64,000 nucleotides of DNA from a bacterium (GTDB lineage Bacteria > UBA8248), in assembly GCA_963692865.2 (NCBI GenBank), contig OY843592.1:1504001-1568000 (forward strand), given 5' to 3'. Shown in pieces: positions 40,996 through 50,391 of this stretch. A program made the translations under genes and the position numbers. The stretch's first letter is position 1, and every line of letters begins with the position of its first letter. Under the pieces are notes generated by a model. That model was not told the DNA's origin. It saw nothing but the letters and a program-made list of their open reading frames with translations, and made no database searches.

Positions 40996-41559
40996 ATGCC
41001 CGCCAGGAAAAGGACCACCAGGGAAAAGACCGCCAAACAGGATTTCGACCACCGCTTCCGCGCCACCTACGACAAGGACGTCGAGTGGCAGGAAGACGTG
41101 AGCAACGAACTGCTGACCCTGCCGCCGGGGGTGAAGGTGAAGATTTTCGCCCATGATCCGGTGATGAAGCGGATCGACATGAAGGTGAAGTTCCCGAAAG
41201 GCTACGTGGAGCCTCGCCACACGCACAAGAGCTGGCATTCCATTCTGGTGACCCGGGGCAGGATGTGCGTGGCGGGCAAGGACTTGAGGCCGGGCGATTA
41301 CGTTTTCGGATGGGACTTGCCGCACGGCCCGTATGAATACCCCGACGGCTGCGAGGTTTTCGTCGTCTTCATGGGCGAGGGCACGCAGCACGTCTGGGAG
41401 GAAGAAAAGCACCTCAAGCACAAACTGAAATGGGAGGCGAGGTCGGCCGCGGGCAAAAAAGCCGTAGCCAAAGGCGACACGGCGAGGAAGGAAGCCTTGG
41501 CCGAAAAAAGAGCGGACGCGAGGTCCGCGGCGAAGAGAAAGACGCGCCGCTCGGGATGA
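40996..41559 (+). CDS. Cupin-domain protein (ChrR-like)
   Basis: FPKGYVEPRHTH, LRPGDYV, PHGP; basic tails. Confidence 0.7.
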   Translation: MPARKRTTREKTAKQDFDHRFRATYDKDVEWQEDVSNELLTLPPGVKVKIFAHDPVMKRIDMKVKFPKGYVEPRHTHKSWHSILVTRGRMCVAGKDLRPGDYVFGWDLPHGPYEYPDGCEVFVVFMGEGTQHVWEEEKHLKHKLKWEARSAAGKKAVAKGDTARKEALAEKRADARSAAKRKTRRSG

Positions 41560-41563
41560 GACG

Positions 41564-42583
41564 ATGACGCCGCAGCGAATCGCCGTCATCGGCGCCGGCG
41601 CCTGGGGGACGGCGTTGGCGGATTTGTTCTCCGGTACCGGCCACGAGGTGATGCTCTGGGTTTTCGAGGCCGACCTTTGCGCCCGCATGGCGTCGGATCG
41701 CGAGAACGACTTGTATCTGCCCGGCGTCGCCCTGCACGAGAATTTGCGCTTCACCTCCGATCTGGCCGAAGCCGCCTCGGCGGGCCAGGACGTTCTCGTG
41801 AGCGTGATGCCGAGCCACGTCGTCCGGGCGGTGTGGACGAAGCTCGCGCCCTCGGTTCACGAGGAAACGCTCATCGCGAGCGCCACGAAGGGCGTGGAGG
41901 AGAAGACCCTCCTCCTGCCCACCCGGATTATCTCCGAATGCATCGGCGAGGCGGGCGGCGCCGAGCGCGCCCTCGCCTGCCTCTCGGGACCGACGTTCGC
42001 CCGCGAGCTCGCGGAGAGAAAACCCACGGCCATCACGGCGGCGTCGGACGATTCCGGGGCGGCGAAGGCGATTCAGGAGGCGCTCTCGGCGCCTGGTTTC
42101 AGGATATACACGGGCGCCGACCCGGTCGGCGTCCAGCTCGGCGGGGCGCTCAAGAACGTCATCGCCTTGGCGGCGGGTATCGCGGACGGGATGGAGCTCG
42201 GCTACAACGCGCGGGCGGCGCTCATCGTGCGCGGTCTGGCGGAAATCGCTCGACTCGGCGCCGCGATGGGCGGCCGGGCGGAGACGTTCGCGGGCCTGGC
42301 CGGAATGGGCGATCTGGTGCTGACGTGCACGGGCGACCTGAGCCGGAACAGGACGGTGGGCGTGCGGTTGGGCAGGGGAGAGCCTCTCCGGAAGATACTC
42401 GAATCCATGACGGCGGTGGCCGAGGGCGTATCCACCACGCCGGCGGCGGTGGGACTCGCGGATGAGCACGGCGTGGAGATGCCCATATGCCGCGAGGTGC
42501 ACGCCGTGTTGTTCGAGGGACGCAATCCCGAAGACGCCGTGCGCGACCTCATGGCGCGTCCGCTCAAGGCCGAACTTCCCTAG
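41564..42583 (+). CDS. gpsA: NAD(P)H-dependent glycerol-3-phosphate dehydrogenase
   Basis: GAGAWGTA, ATKG, SGPTFA, GGALKNVIA, GLAGMGDLVLTC, SRNR. Confidence 0.96.
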   Translation: MTPQRIAVIGAGAWGTALADLFSGTGHEVMLWVFEADLCARMASDRENDLYLPGVALHENLRFTSDLAEAASAGQDVLVSVMPSHVVRAVWTKLAPSVHEETLIASATKGVEEKTLLLPTRIISECIGEAGGAERALACLSGPTFARELAERKPTAITAASDDSGAAKAIQEALSAPGFRIYTGADPVGVQLGGALKNVIALAAGIADGMELGYNARAALIVRGLAEIARLGAAMGGRAETFAGLAGMGDLVLTCTGDLSRNRTVGVRLGRGEPLRKILESMTAVAEGVSTTPAAVGLADEHGVEMPICREVHAVLFEGRNPEDAVRDLMARPLKAELP

Positions 42584-43175
42584 GGGGTCAAACGCGAGTG
42601 AGGAGCGAGCGTTTGCAGACCGAGGAGAGGGGGTGCCGGCGTGATGCGATGCGAGAGGAAATGCGGGCGGTTGCGGGGAAATGCGCGGTCGGCGAAAAAC
42701 TTTTTTTGCCGCCGTATCTGAGTGCCGGACGCTAAGATTTATATGACAACCCTTTTGATTACAACCACTTGCAAGAGATAAAATTTTCAGGAATTTATCC
42801 AAAAACCCCGTGAATTTATACAAATTTATACAAAATATCATTATTATCATTATCAACCGTTTCCCTGTACCCACCGGCGTCGCCCCTCCGGCTGCGGCGG
42901 TCAAACCTTGGCAAAGAGCAAGAATCCATTCCAACCGAAGAAGCAGGAATTGACAGCCCGATGACGGGAGATTTCCGGGCCAAGTAAAAAGATTTGCCGT
43001 TTTCACTCCCGCCGCACCACTGAATCCCATGAGAAACCTCCGCTCTTTCCGTTCAATTCCAGACGATACGGGAAACCGCTTTCCCGCGCCGCGCGCACGA
43101 TACCGCAGGGCGGGATTTCGGGGGGAAGAGGAATTGCGGGGAAATGCGTGGGTGAGGCTGTATGGCGACGGGAAA

Positions 43176-43670
43176 CACTCCCCCCTTGAGGGGGAGTCAA
43201 CGAGGCAAGGGCGAAGCCCGCAGGCGAGTTGGTGGGGGGACATGCCACAGAAAAAGCTCCCCCCACCGAATCGGCCTTCGCACAAACCGCTCGGCCTCTT
43301 CGACTCCCCCTCAAGGGGGGAGTGATTTCACCAACGATTGGGCAGGAATTTTGCTCTTGTAGAGGTGTCGAATTTCCCCGAGGAGGGGAAGTTCGAGCGT
43401 GGCCGCCCGCGCTTCTTCGAGATTCCCGTCATTCCATTCAGGTTGCCGTCATTCCGGTGTCAGACCCGACTGGACAAGGAGGGTTTGACGGAATCCGGAA
43501 CGGATTTGGTGTGCGCGTTGCGGCGTTTCATCCGCCTGCCGTGAAGTCGGAAAACCGACAGAATAAAGGCAAAGGCAAACCAATGGATTCCGGCATACGC
43601 CGGAATGACGGCGATGGTGAATTCCGAGCTAGAAGGGGTTTTCAACAACTCCCTCAAGGGGAGTAATTCA
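43176..43670. repeat. CTCCCCCTTGAGGGGGAG and GTCATTCCGG palindrome mosaic
   Basis: cactccccccttgagggggagtc...gactccccctcaaggggggagtga; a related copy lies at ~57852-57999. Confidence 0.8.
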
Positions 43671-43804
43671 GTCCTTCAATTCTTTCCCACAATCGGGCGG
43701 CTCACGAGCCGCCCCTACGCATTTCTCTCGTATAGAAACGAACTAGCGGGGGTATCGAATTTCCGATTTGATGGCGTGGTGCGAAATACACTTCATTACG
43801 GCGA

Positions 43805-44506
43805 TTACCTGAACTCAATGCTTCCACTCAGCCATTCTTTGTTGATATCGGCACTATCGATACGCATGGCAATATCACCGATGTCCCCGATGTCCAATTC
43901 AATATGGTCGGTTCCAATGATGAGGGGCTCAAAGACAAATCTATACTCTCTTTGGTGGCTATATTCGTCGCGCTTTTTGAAAATGGCTTCTTTGTCGGAA
44001 AAACTTCCATGGAAAGTTTCCGGGTCATAGTATTCAATTAATCTTCGACCAAATCGATAACCTTCAGATTTCGCGCTTTTTTCAATACGGTTAAAAAATT
44101 CAGTAACATTTTTAACCACAACCGCATATTTTCCGAGTTCCAGGCAGGCTTCAGGTATCTCTAGTTGCTTTCTGAGGAGGCCGGTGTTTTCAGAAAATAT
44201 ATTTTCTAAACCCAGATCACCGGTGTGGCCTGCATACACACAATAAATACATAAATGATTAAGCCAGTTCTTTTGTATTTCAATTGGGCCATCGAGGTCA
44301 GGGGTGAAATCTATGCCATTTAATACAAGATGACCTTGATCGGGTTGAAGCCAACTAACAACGCCTTCATGCCTATCATTACGATTGGCGCTTTCTGTAT
44401 CTTCAATTTTTTTGAAATAAGACAAATTTTTTGCGTAAATTTTTCCTCCAATCAGGTCATTGACGTGCTGTTCTTCTTTCAAAAACTTCACAAGGAAAAA
44501 TATCAT
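43805..44506 (-). CDS. Hypothetical low-GC protein (C-terminal K...YSHQREYRF motif)
   Basis: Open 233-aa frame, AT-rich relative to the core genome. Confidence 0.6.
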   Translation of the reverse strand: MIFFLVKFLKEEQHVNDLIGGKIYAKNLSYFKKIEDTESANRNDRHEGVVSWLQPDQGHLVLNGIDFTPDLDGPIEIQKNWLNHLCIYCVYAGHTGDLGLENIFSENTGLLRKQLEIPEACLELGKYAVVVKNVTEFFNRIEKSAKSEGYRFGRRLIEYYDPETFHGSFSDKEAIFKKRDEYSHQREYRFVFEPLIIGTDHIELDIGDIGDIAMRIDSADINKEWLSGSIEFR

Positions 44507-44629
44507 TTTTGGATTTCGCCTCCGTTTGCGGCGCATTTATAGTCAGCCCGTTTACGAAAGACTGTGAGTCCATCCCACGATATAGGGATACAAAAACCTA
44601 TTCAATTATCCCCCCAAAACCATCGAACG

Positions 44630-44790
44630 CACCCACTCGGGAAGGCCATTTCCGAATCAATCAGGGCGAATGGTTAATTGAAGATGAAAGAAGAAGAAAG
44701 CGCCGGAAACGAGAGTTACCGCCATCGTGATTTCCATGGGCGAGGTCGAAATGGTAGAGTTTTTGAACGCCCCTCCTATGAACGGATAAA
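44630..44790 (+). pseudogene. Frameshifted 3' remnant paralogous to the 45014-45622 gene
   Basis: PTREGHFRINQGEWLIE...(shift)...TAIVISMGEVEMVEF versus RPDEGHFRITEGEWLFE...SAILIPVGEVEMVEF. Confidence 0.75.
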
Positions 44791-44800
44791 GAGACGTATC

Positions 44801-44938
44801 ATGGCCAAGGAACGAACACCGAGCCCTTCAGAATCGCCGGGAAGTACCAAACTGAAAACAGGAGGCGTGTCTCCTAAACCCGAAGGCGCTTTCAAACCCA
44901 AACCGCCTCCCGCCCCGCCTCCCAAGAAAAGTGATTAG
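44801..44938 (+). CDS. Small Pro-rich peptide, copy 1 (45 aa)
   Basis: MAKERTPSPS...GGVSPKPEGAFKPKPPPAPPPKKSD; paralog of 45626-45754. Confidence 0.6.
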   Translation: MAKERTPSPSESPGSTKLKTGGVSPKPEGAFKPKPPPAPPPKKSD

Positions 44939-45013
44939 CACCTTGCGGTATTTCTGGAAGTAGCGAGCAGGTGAGCCGGGCCGTATTGGTCATATTATGG
45001 GGACATATAGCGT

Positions 45014-45622
45014 ATGAATTGGGCATCCGGTGGAATCGTCGATGCGCTCAAGTTTCTTCTGCCGGGGTTCGTGTCAGCCGCCATTTACTATTCGTTCACA
45101 TCGCACTCCAAACCCGGCGAGTTCGGCCTTGTCGTTCAAGCTCTGATTTTCACCATCGTCGGGGAAGCGGTAATCACGGCGCTCTTGTTAATGGACTCCT
45201 TCGCCTGGATGAAAGGCCGGGGAGTCGTATTATCCGTTCCGGTCGCGGTACTCCTCGGGTTGGTGGCCGCTTACTTTTCGAACAATGATACGGTGCATAG
45301 GCTATTTCGCCGGCTGGGCGTTACAAGGGAAACATCCTACCCCTCGGAATGGTATTCCACTTTTGCGCGTACCGATTGCTATGTCGTGCTACACCTGAAA
45401 GGTGAACGCCGTCTCTATGGATGGCCCGAAGAGTGGCCCAGCCGCCCGGACGAAGGTCATTTCCGAATCACGGAGGGAGAGTGGCTTTTCGAAACCGGAA
45501 CCGAGGATGAATACCAGAAGAAGATGCCCGCGACGGAAATTTCTGCTATCCTGATACCCGTGGGCGAGGTCGAAATGGTGGAGTTCGTGAGCGCTTCGCC
45601 TGATGAAGAAACGGAGGAGTAA
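45014..45622 (+). CDS. Membrane protein, DUF6338-like
   Basis: LKFLLPGFV, three TM segments, PSEW..F, VVLHLKGERRLYGW pattern (family recalled, not searched). Confidence 0.65.
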   Translation: MNWASGGIVDALKFLLPGFVSAAIYYSFTSHSKPGEFGLVVQALIFTIVGEAVITALLLMDSFAWMKGRGVVLSVPVAVLLGLVAAYFSNNDTVHRLFRRLGVTRETSYPSEWYSTFARTDCYVVLHLKGERRLYGWPEEWPSRPDEGHFRITEGEWLFETGTEDEYQKKMPATEISAILIPVGEVEMVEFVSASPDEETEE

Positions 45623-45625
45623 ACA

Positions 45626-45754
45626 ATGGCCAAAGAACCGATACCGCCACCTTCGAAACGCTTTGTCCGGGTTGGTGATGGCGTATCGTCCAAGCCCAGG
45701 AATTTCGCCAAACCCAAGCCGCCTCCCGCACCGCCGCCCAAGAAGCAAGCCTGA
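45626..45754 (+). CDS. Small Pro-rich peptide, copy 2 (42 aa)
   Basis: GGAGGAG SD; MAKEPIPPPSKRFVRVGDGVSSKPRNFAKPKPPPAPPPKKQA. Confidence 0.65.
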   Translation: MAKEPIPPPSKRFVRVGDGVSSKPRNFAKPKPPPAPPPKKQA

Positions 45755-46019
45755 CGTTCAGCGGCGCGTTCAGACCGAAGTGAAAAGCGCGAGCGGCTCG
45801 CGAGCCGCGACCTCCAAATCATCACCGCCGCCGAACTCCCAAATACCCGCGCAGGTTATCGGGGTAACCCATCGCCGCCTCGCCTCCGGCCGTGGTCGTT
45901 CGCAAGATCGGAACCAGTTGAGCCGAAGTCGTATCGATTATGTCGATTATTGTATTTATCTCGATTATGATTTATATTTGCAATGTTTTGATATCTCAAG
46001 ATTGCAGGGGAGATTGGCC

Positions 46020-46484
46020 ATGATAGACACGGCAACCCGGTTCGCAACGGCGCTTCCCAGCCCTCGGGATGTGAGTCTCGCGCAGGCGTCCGCGCGGATG
46101 CTTACGCTAAAGCTCGGGGACCGTCCCGATAAGGTGGCGATTCGGCTCGCCGAGGATGAACGCGACGTCATTGAATTGCCCTTTGCGGCGGTTCGCCTGC
46201 TTATCGATCTGCTGGGCGAAATGTCCAAGGGCAACGCCGTATCGCTGATACCCATGAACGCGGAACTGACGACCCAGCAGGCTGCGGATTTGCTGAATGT
46301 CTCCCGGGGATTTCTCGTCAAACTTCTCGAGAATCGAGAGATACCCCATCGAATGGTCGGGACCCACAGGCGCGTTTTGTTCAACGACTTGAAGGCTTAT
46401 GAAGAGCGAACCAAACGGGCGCGCCTGAAGGCTCTGGACCGGCTTACGGAAGAGAGCCAGGAACTCGGAATCGGGTACGAGTAA
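46020..46484 (+). CDS. Excisionase-family HTH protein (putative antitoxin)
   Basis: ELTTQQAADLLNVSRGFLVKLLE..IP..MVGTHRRV; directly upstream of the PIN gene. Confidence 0.85.
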   Translation: MIDTATRFATALPSPRDVSLAQASARMLTLKLGDRPDKVAIRLAEDERDVIELPFAAVRLLIDLLGEMSKGNAVSLIPMNAELTTQQAADLLNVSRGFLVKLLENREIPHRMVGTHRRVLFNDLKAYEERTKRARLKALDRLTEESQELGIGYE

Positions 46485-46492
46485 GTTTCTGA

Positions 46493-47059
46493 ATGGCGTT
46501 TACCGCTCTGTTCGACGCCAATGTGCTGTTCCCGGCTCCGCTCCGCGACCTGCTGCTCCAGCTCGCGACCACCAAGCTGTTTCGCGCGCGCTGGTCGAAT
46601 GCGATCCACGAGGAATGGATGAGGGTCGCGAAGAAGACCAGACCGGACATCCCCGACACGAATTGGGATGAGCTTCGCAGGCTCATGGATGCGCACGCGG
46701 AGGATTGCCTCGTCACGGACTTCGAACCGCTAATCGAAACCCTCTCGCTCCCGGATCCGGATGACCGGCACGTACTGGCGGCGGCGATCGAGGGCCGGGC
46801 GGACGTCATCGTCACCTTCAATCTGAAACATTTCCCGGAAGCCGATTTGAACACATACGACCTCACCGCACAGCATCCGGATGTCTTTATCAGGCATTTG
46901 ATCGATATGGAGCCCGACGCCGTTGCGGAATCCGCCCGGATGGTGCGCGCCAGATTGAAGAAACCTTCCGTATCGGTCGACCAATATCTGAATACTCTTC
47001 ACAGGCAGGGACTGGTCGAAACCGTAACTAAGTTACGTTTGTTCCAAGAGGTTCTCTAA
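46493..47059 (+). CDS. PIN-domain protein (VapC-like toxin)
   Basis: FDANVL, RWSNAIHEEW, LPDPDDRHVLAAA, IVTFNLKHFP, HPDVF. Confidence 0.88.
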   Translation: MAFTALFDANVLFPAPLRDLLLQLATTKLFRARWSNAIHEEWMRVAKKTRPDIPDTNWDELRRLMDAHAEDCLVTDFEPLIETLSLPDPDDRHVLAAAIEGRADVIVTFNLKHFPEADLNTYDLTAQHPDVFIRHLIDMEPDAVAESARMVRARLKKPSVSVDQYLNTLHRQGLVETVTKLRLFQEVL

Positions 47060-47079
47060 CTCTTGCTTCTCTTTCTCCC

Positions 47080-47520
47080 CTATCCCCCGAGATACCCACT
47101 CAGATTCTCCAGGCACTCGGCCCAGCCTCCCCGGTGCTCGTCGCGCATGTTCTCGTCGGGGAATCCCTCGTGCGTCAGGACGACGGCGGTCTCATCGCCC
47201 TCCTGGGTGAAATCGACCCTCACCAGGGTTTCTGGATAATCCCAATCCCCCCGCTCCCAGCGGAAGGTGAAGACGAGACGCTCGGGAGGCCGTATCTCGA
47301 CGAACGCCCCGTTCAGGTAGAACGACTCCCCCTCGTCGGTCCGCATCTCGACGCGGTATTTTCCGCCGACGCTTACATCCATTTCGACCGAAGGCGCGGT
47401 GTGGCCCTCCGTTCCCCACCACTGCTTTAGCGCCTCGGCTTGCGTCCACGCGGCGAAGACTCTCTCCCTGGGCGCCTGGAAGGTTCGTTTGATGAGCAGC
47501 GTCATTTTCGTTTCGATCAT
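47080..47520 (-). CDS. SRPBCC/AHSA1-domain protein
   Basis: RTFQAPRERVFAAWT, PPERLVFTFRWE, HRGGW. Confidence 0.88.
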   Translation of the reverse strand: MIETKMTLLIKRTFQAPRERVFAAWTQAEALKQWWGTEGHTAPSVEMDVSVGGKYRVEMRTDEGESFYLNGAFVEIRPPERLVFTFRWERGDWDYPETLVRVDFTQEGDETAVVLTHEGFPDENMRDEHRGGWAECLENLSGYLGG

Positions 47521-47867
47521 TTTTGAGTCTCCGTGTCTGTCGTTTCATCGAGATATCGGGCGAGGGAATCGAGTCCCTCCTCCCAGAACCGTTTGTGGAA
47601 ATCGAGCCATTCGGACGCCTCGCGCATCGCTTCGGCCTTGAGGCTCAGACGATGGACGCGGCCCCTTTTCTCTCTATGGATCAGGCCGGCGCGCTCGAGA
47701 ACGCGCAGGTGCTTCGAAATCGCCGGCAGGGAAATATCGAATGGCGCGGCGAGGCCGGTGACGGTCGCTTCTCCCCGGGAGAGACGCGAGAGGATGGCCC
47801 GCCTCGTGGGGTCGGAAAGCGCGGAAAAAGTCGCGTCGAGACCGGCTTGCGCGTTCATGATCGGCAT
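47517..47867 (-). CDS. ArsR/SmtB-family regulator
   Basis: FSALSDPTRRAIL, SLPAISKHLRVLERAGL, RGR. Confidence 0.9.
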   Translation of the reverse strand: MPIMNAQAGLDATFSALSDPTRRAILSRLSRGEATVTGLAAPFDISLPAISKHLRVLERAGLIHREKRGRVHRLSLKAEAMREASEWLDFHKRFWEEGLDSLARYLDETTDTETQK

Positions 47868-48081
47868 GACCTCCTTGGTGAGAGGAATTCACTCCCAGCT
47901 AACGTGGTTGCGGGCTTCTCTCTTGAACAACATTGCTAACCAACGAGAGAGAAGAGAATCACTCCCCCTCAAGGGGGGAGTGAACTTCCAAAGCGTGCGC
48001 GCAACCCAAATCGCTTCCCGGGACTTTTTCAACAATCCCCCCCCGGTCGGGTCCAACCTTCCCTCATCGGTCAGGTTGTAT

Positions 48082-48600
48082 CTAAAACGCCCAGCCGAAA
48101 CCGGTGATGAATCCCCGGAGGTAGCATATCTGCCCGCAATGCTGGTGATAGTCGCTGGCTACCCTTCCCAGGTATTCTCCGGTTTTGATGGCGCCTCCTC
48201 CGATGTCGGTGATTTCCTTTTCGAGGTCTTCCGTCGAAAGTGATTTCAGGACCGGAGTCGTCCTCGCCCGGACGGCGTTGGCGTAGCCGATCACGTCCTG
48301 TTTCGTGACTTTTAAGCGCATCACCTGTTCGAGCGAGTCGCCGAAGCCGATCTGTTTCGGCTCTGCGCCCAAGTCGAATTTCTCGTGCCATTTTTCAGAT
48401 ATCCAGACCTGCTCCTCACAGGCTATCGCCGCCAAGGCGCAGTCCTCGACCCGCGTCTTGTGCCACATCAGCCAGCCGATGGGGTTGTCCTGGTCGCTGG
48501 GCCGTTTCATGAGGTCCGCATCATCGAGACCCTTCAGGGCCCGTTTCACGAGGCCGTCGCTCATCTCGAATGTGAAGGCGATCATTTGCGCTCCGTTCAT
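48082..48600 (-). CDS. DinB-family protein
   Basis: NPIGWLMWH..R.ED and HCGQICYLRG metal-binding pattern. Confidence 0.8.
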   Translation of the reverse strand: MNGAQMIAFTFEMSDGLVKRALKGLDDADLMKRPSDQDNPIGWLMWHKTRVEDCALAAIACEEQVWISEKWHEKFDLGAEPKQIGFGDSLEQVMRLKVTKQDVIGYANAVRARTTPVLKSLSTEDLEKEITDIGGGAIKTGEYLGRVASDYHQHCGQICYLRGFITGFGWAF

Positions 48601-48680
48601 GGAAAGCTCCTGTCATTGAGTAGTGCGTGAAATGATTTAACGATGAATCATATAACTCCCGGTTTCTGGTTCCATGCTTT

Positions 48681-49097
48681 TCAGATGAATTTCTCTTCGC
48701 GGTGGATGAAGCCGATGCAAAGGCCGAACAGTCCGAATTGCAGCGCGAGATAGAGCGTTTCCATTAAGACAAACGCAGACGCGCCCGGCACCTGCTGCTT
48801 GGCGACGAAGGCGAGCACGTGGGAAGTCCAGAAGAAGGCGCCCGTGATGAGGGCGAACCTGAACCCTCGCCGGAAACTGCTTCCCCCGGTCTTCAGCATC
48901 GGAAACAGGGCGGAAAGCAGAACCCCCTGAAGCACGATGGTGAGCAGACCGAGGAGAAAATCCGGCTCCCCCTCGAAGTAGCCGAACGATTCGTATCTCT
49001 CCTTGAAAAGCGCCACATGCCAGATCACGGCGAGAGAGAACGTGCAGATCGTATAGGCGGCGGTCCCCATGACCAGCTTCCCGGCGCCCTTCATCAT
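48681..49097 (-). CDS. Small four-TM membrane protein of unknown function
   Basis: Hydrophobic ORF with WH motif; start at MMKGAG. Confidence 0.65.
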   Translation of the reverse strand: MMKGAGKLVMGTAAYTICTFSLAVIWHVALFKERYESFGYFEGEPDFLLGLLTIVLQGVLLSALFPMLKTGGSSFRRGFRFALITGAFFWTSHVLAFVAKQQVPGASAFVLMETLYLALQFGLFGLCIGFIHREEKFI

Positions 49098-49353
49098 GCC
49101 CCCGCGCCCGGTTGAATGGGGGATGTCTCGTCCGCTTTTGAAGCGGCGGAAGGCGGTCTTCTCTCCAGGTCGTCTCCCGCTTCGATGGCTCGGCCCGGTA
49201 TGCCGGAAACGATTTGCGCGCCGTTCATGGGAAGCTCCTGCTTTTGAATGGTCATGAAACGACTTAATGATTAACCACATGGTTAAGTATATAGCTTTCC
49301 GATCTTTCGGTCAACACGCCGCCGGGACCGGATTTGCGACCGCCCGCCTTGCC

Positions 49354-49547
49354 GGGATTGTTGAAAAAGCCTCATCAATCGGGTTTGGTCTGTAGGGGCC
49401 GCATATCATGCGGCCCTGCCTTTTCGCCTTTACAATACGGGTCGCATGATATGCGTGGGGCGCTCCCTCCTCGGGAGCGCCACCTAGAAAAGCCACCCTT
49501 CCCGGTTATGCCGAACACTCGTTCATCGGGACTCTTTCAACAACCCC
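49354..49547. mobile_element. TIR-bounded MITE-like shell carrying REP cargo
   Basis: gggattgttgaaaaag...ctctttcaacaacccc enclosing an inverted partial copy of the 4116-4319 interior. Confidence 0.65.
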
Positions 49548-49672
49548 GATGAGGGAGGAATCGACCGAGCTGGAAGGGGGTGTTCCGGCAACCCGCCTTG
49601 CCGGGGAGCGGGATATGGGCCATGCTTGCGTGGCGTTCGCCTCGCCGCCCGAGGGTTTGAGCGGGTGAGTCC

Positions 49673-50386
49673 ATGAAGCAGCTTCTCATGAGGCCCCTGG
49701 CCTGGATGGCCGCCGTATTCCTGCTGCCCGCCTGCTGGGGGGCGGCGGTCTCGTTCGCCAGGATTCTCCCGGCCGCATTTCTCGCGGGCGGCGGTTCGTA
49801 TCTGCCTGCGCCCGAGGGCTGGGCCTTCACCGCGGGCGTGGCCGCCTACGCCGTCTGGCACAGGCTGAAGCCGCCCGAGTTTCTCTACGCCTTCGTGCAC
49901 GAGTTCACGCACATGGCCTTCGCTCTGCTCACGGGGAAGAAGGTGCGCTCGTTCGAGGTGAACCAGGGCAGCGGGAAGGTCGGTTTGAGCGGCACGAACC
50001 CCGTGATCACCCTGGCGCCCTATTTCTTCCCGCTCCCGACGATGGTGGTCCTGATCCTGGGCGCGCTGCTCGACTGGGCTTTCGGATACCCGCTGATTCG
50101 GCAGGCTGCGGCGTTTCTCTCGGGCCTCACGCTGTGCCTGCACGTGCTCATGACGCTGCGCGCGCTGGGCGCGTCGCAGCCCGACATCGCGCGCGGCGGG
50201 CGGATTTTCTCCTGGGTCTTCATCTTTTTCTTCGGACTCGTCTTCATCGGCGGCGCCGCGCTCGTCTCGGCGGGGGGGTGGGGAGTGGCGGCCTTGTACG
50301 GCTTGTCGATATGGCGCGAAAGCCTGGATGCGTATGCGCTTCTGTTCGACCTGGTGGCGCGAATCGCATGGCGCATCGGTTCTTGA
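49673..50386 (+). CDS. Membrane metallopeptidase, M50-like
   Basis: HEFTH zinc motif, LAPY, several TM segments. Confidence 0.7.
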   Translation: MKQLLMRPLAWMAAVFLLPACWGAAVSFARILPAAFLAGGGSYLPAPEGWAFTAGVAAYAVWHRLKPPEFLYAFVHEFTHMAFALLTGKKVRSFEVNQGSGKVGLSGTNPVITLAPYFFPLPTMVVLILGALLDWAFGYPLIRQAAAFLSGLTLCLHVLMTLRALGASQPDIARGGRIFSWVFIFFFGLVFIGGAALVSAGGWGVAALYGLSIWRESLDAYALLFDLVARIAWRIGS

Positions 50387-50391
50387 ATCGC

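Noticed and set aside
41414-43285. 623-aa minus-strand ORF spanning gpsA and the AT-rich region
   Set aside because: Mostly antisense to gpsA and starts inside a palindromic repeat.
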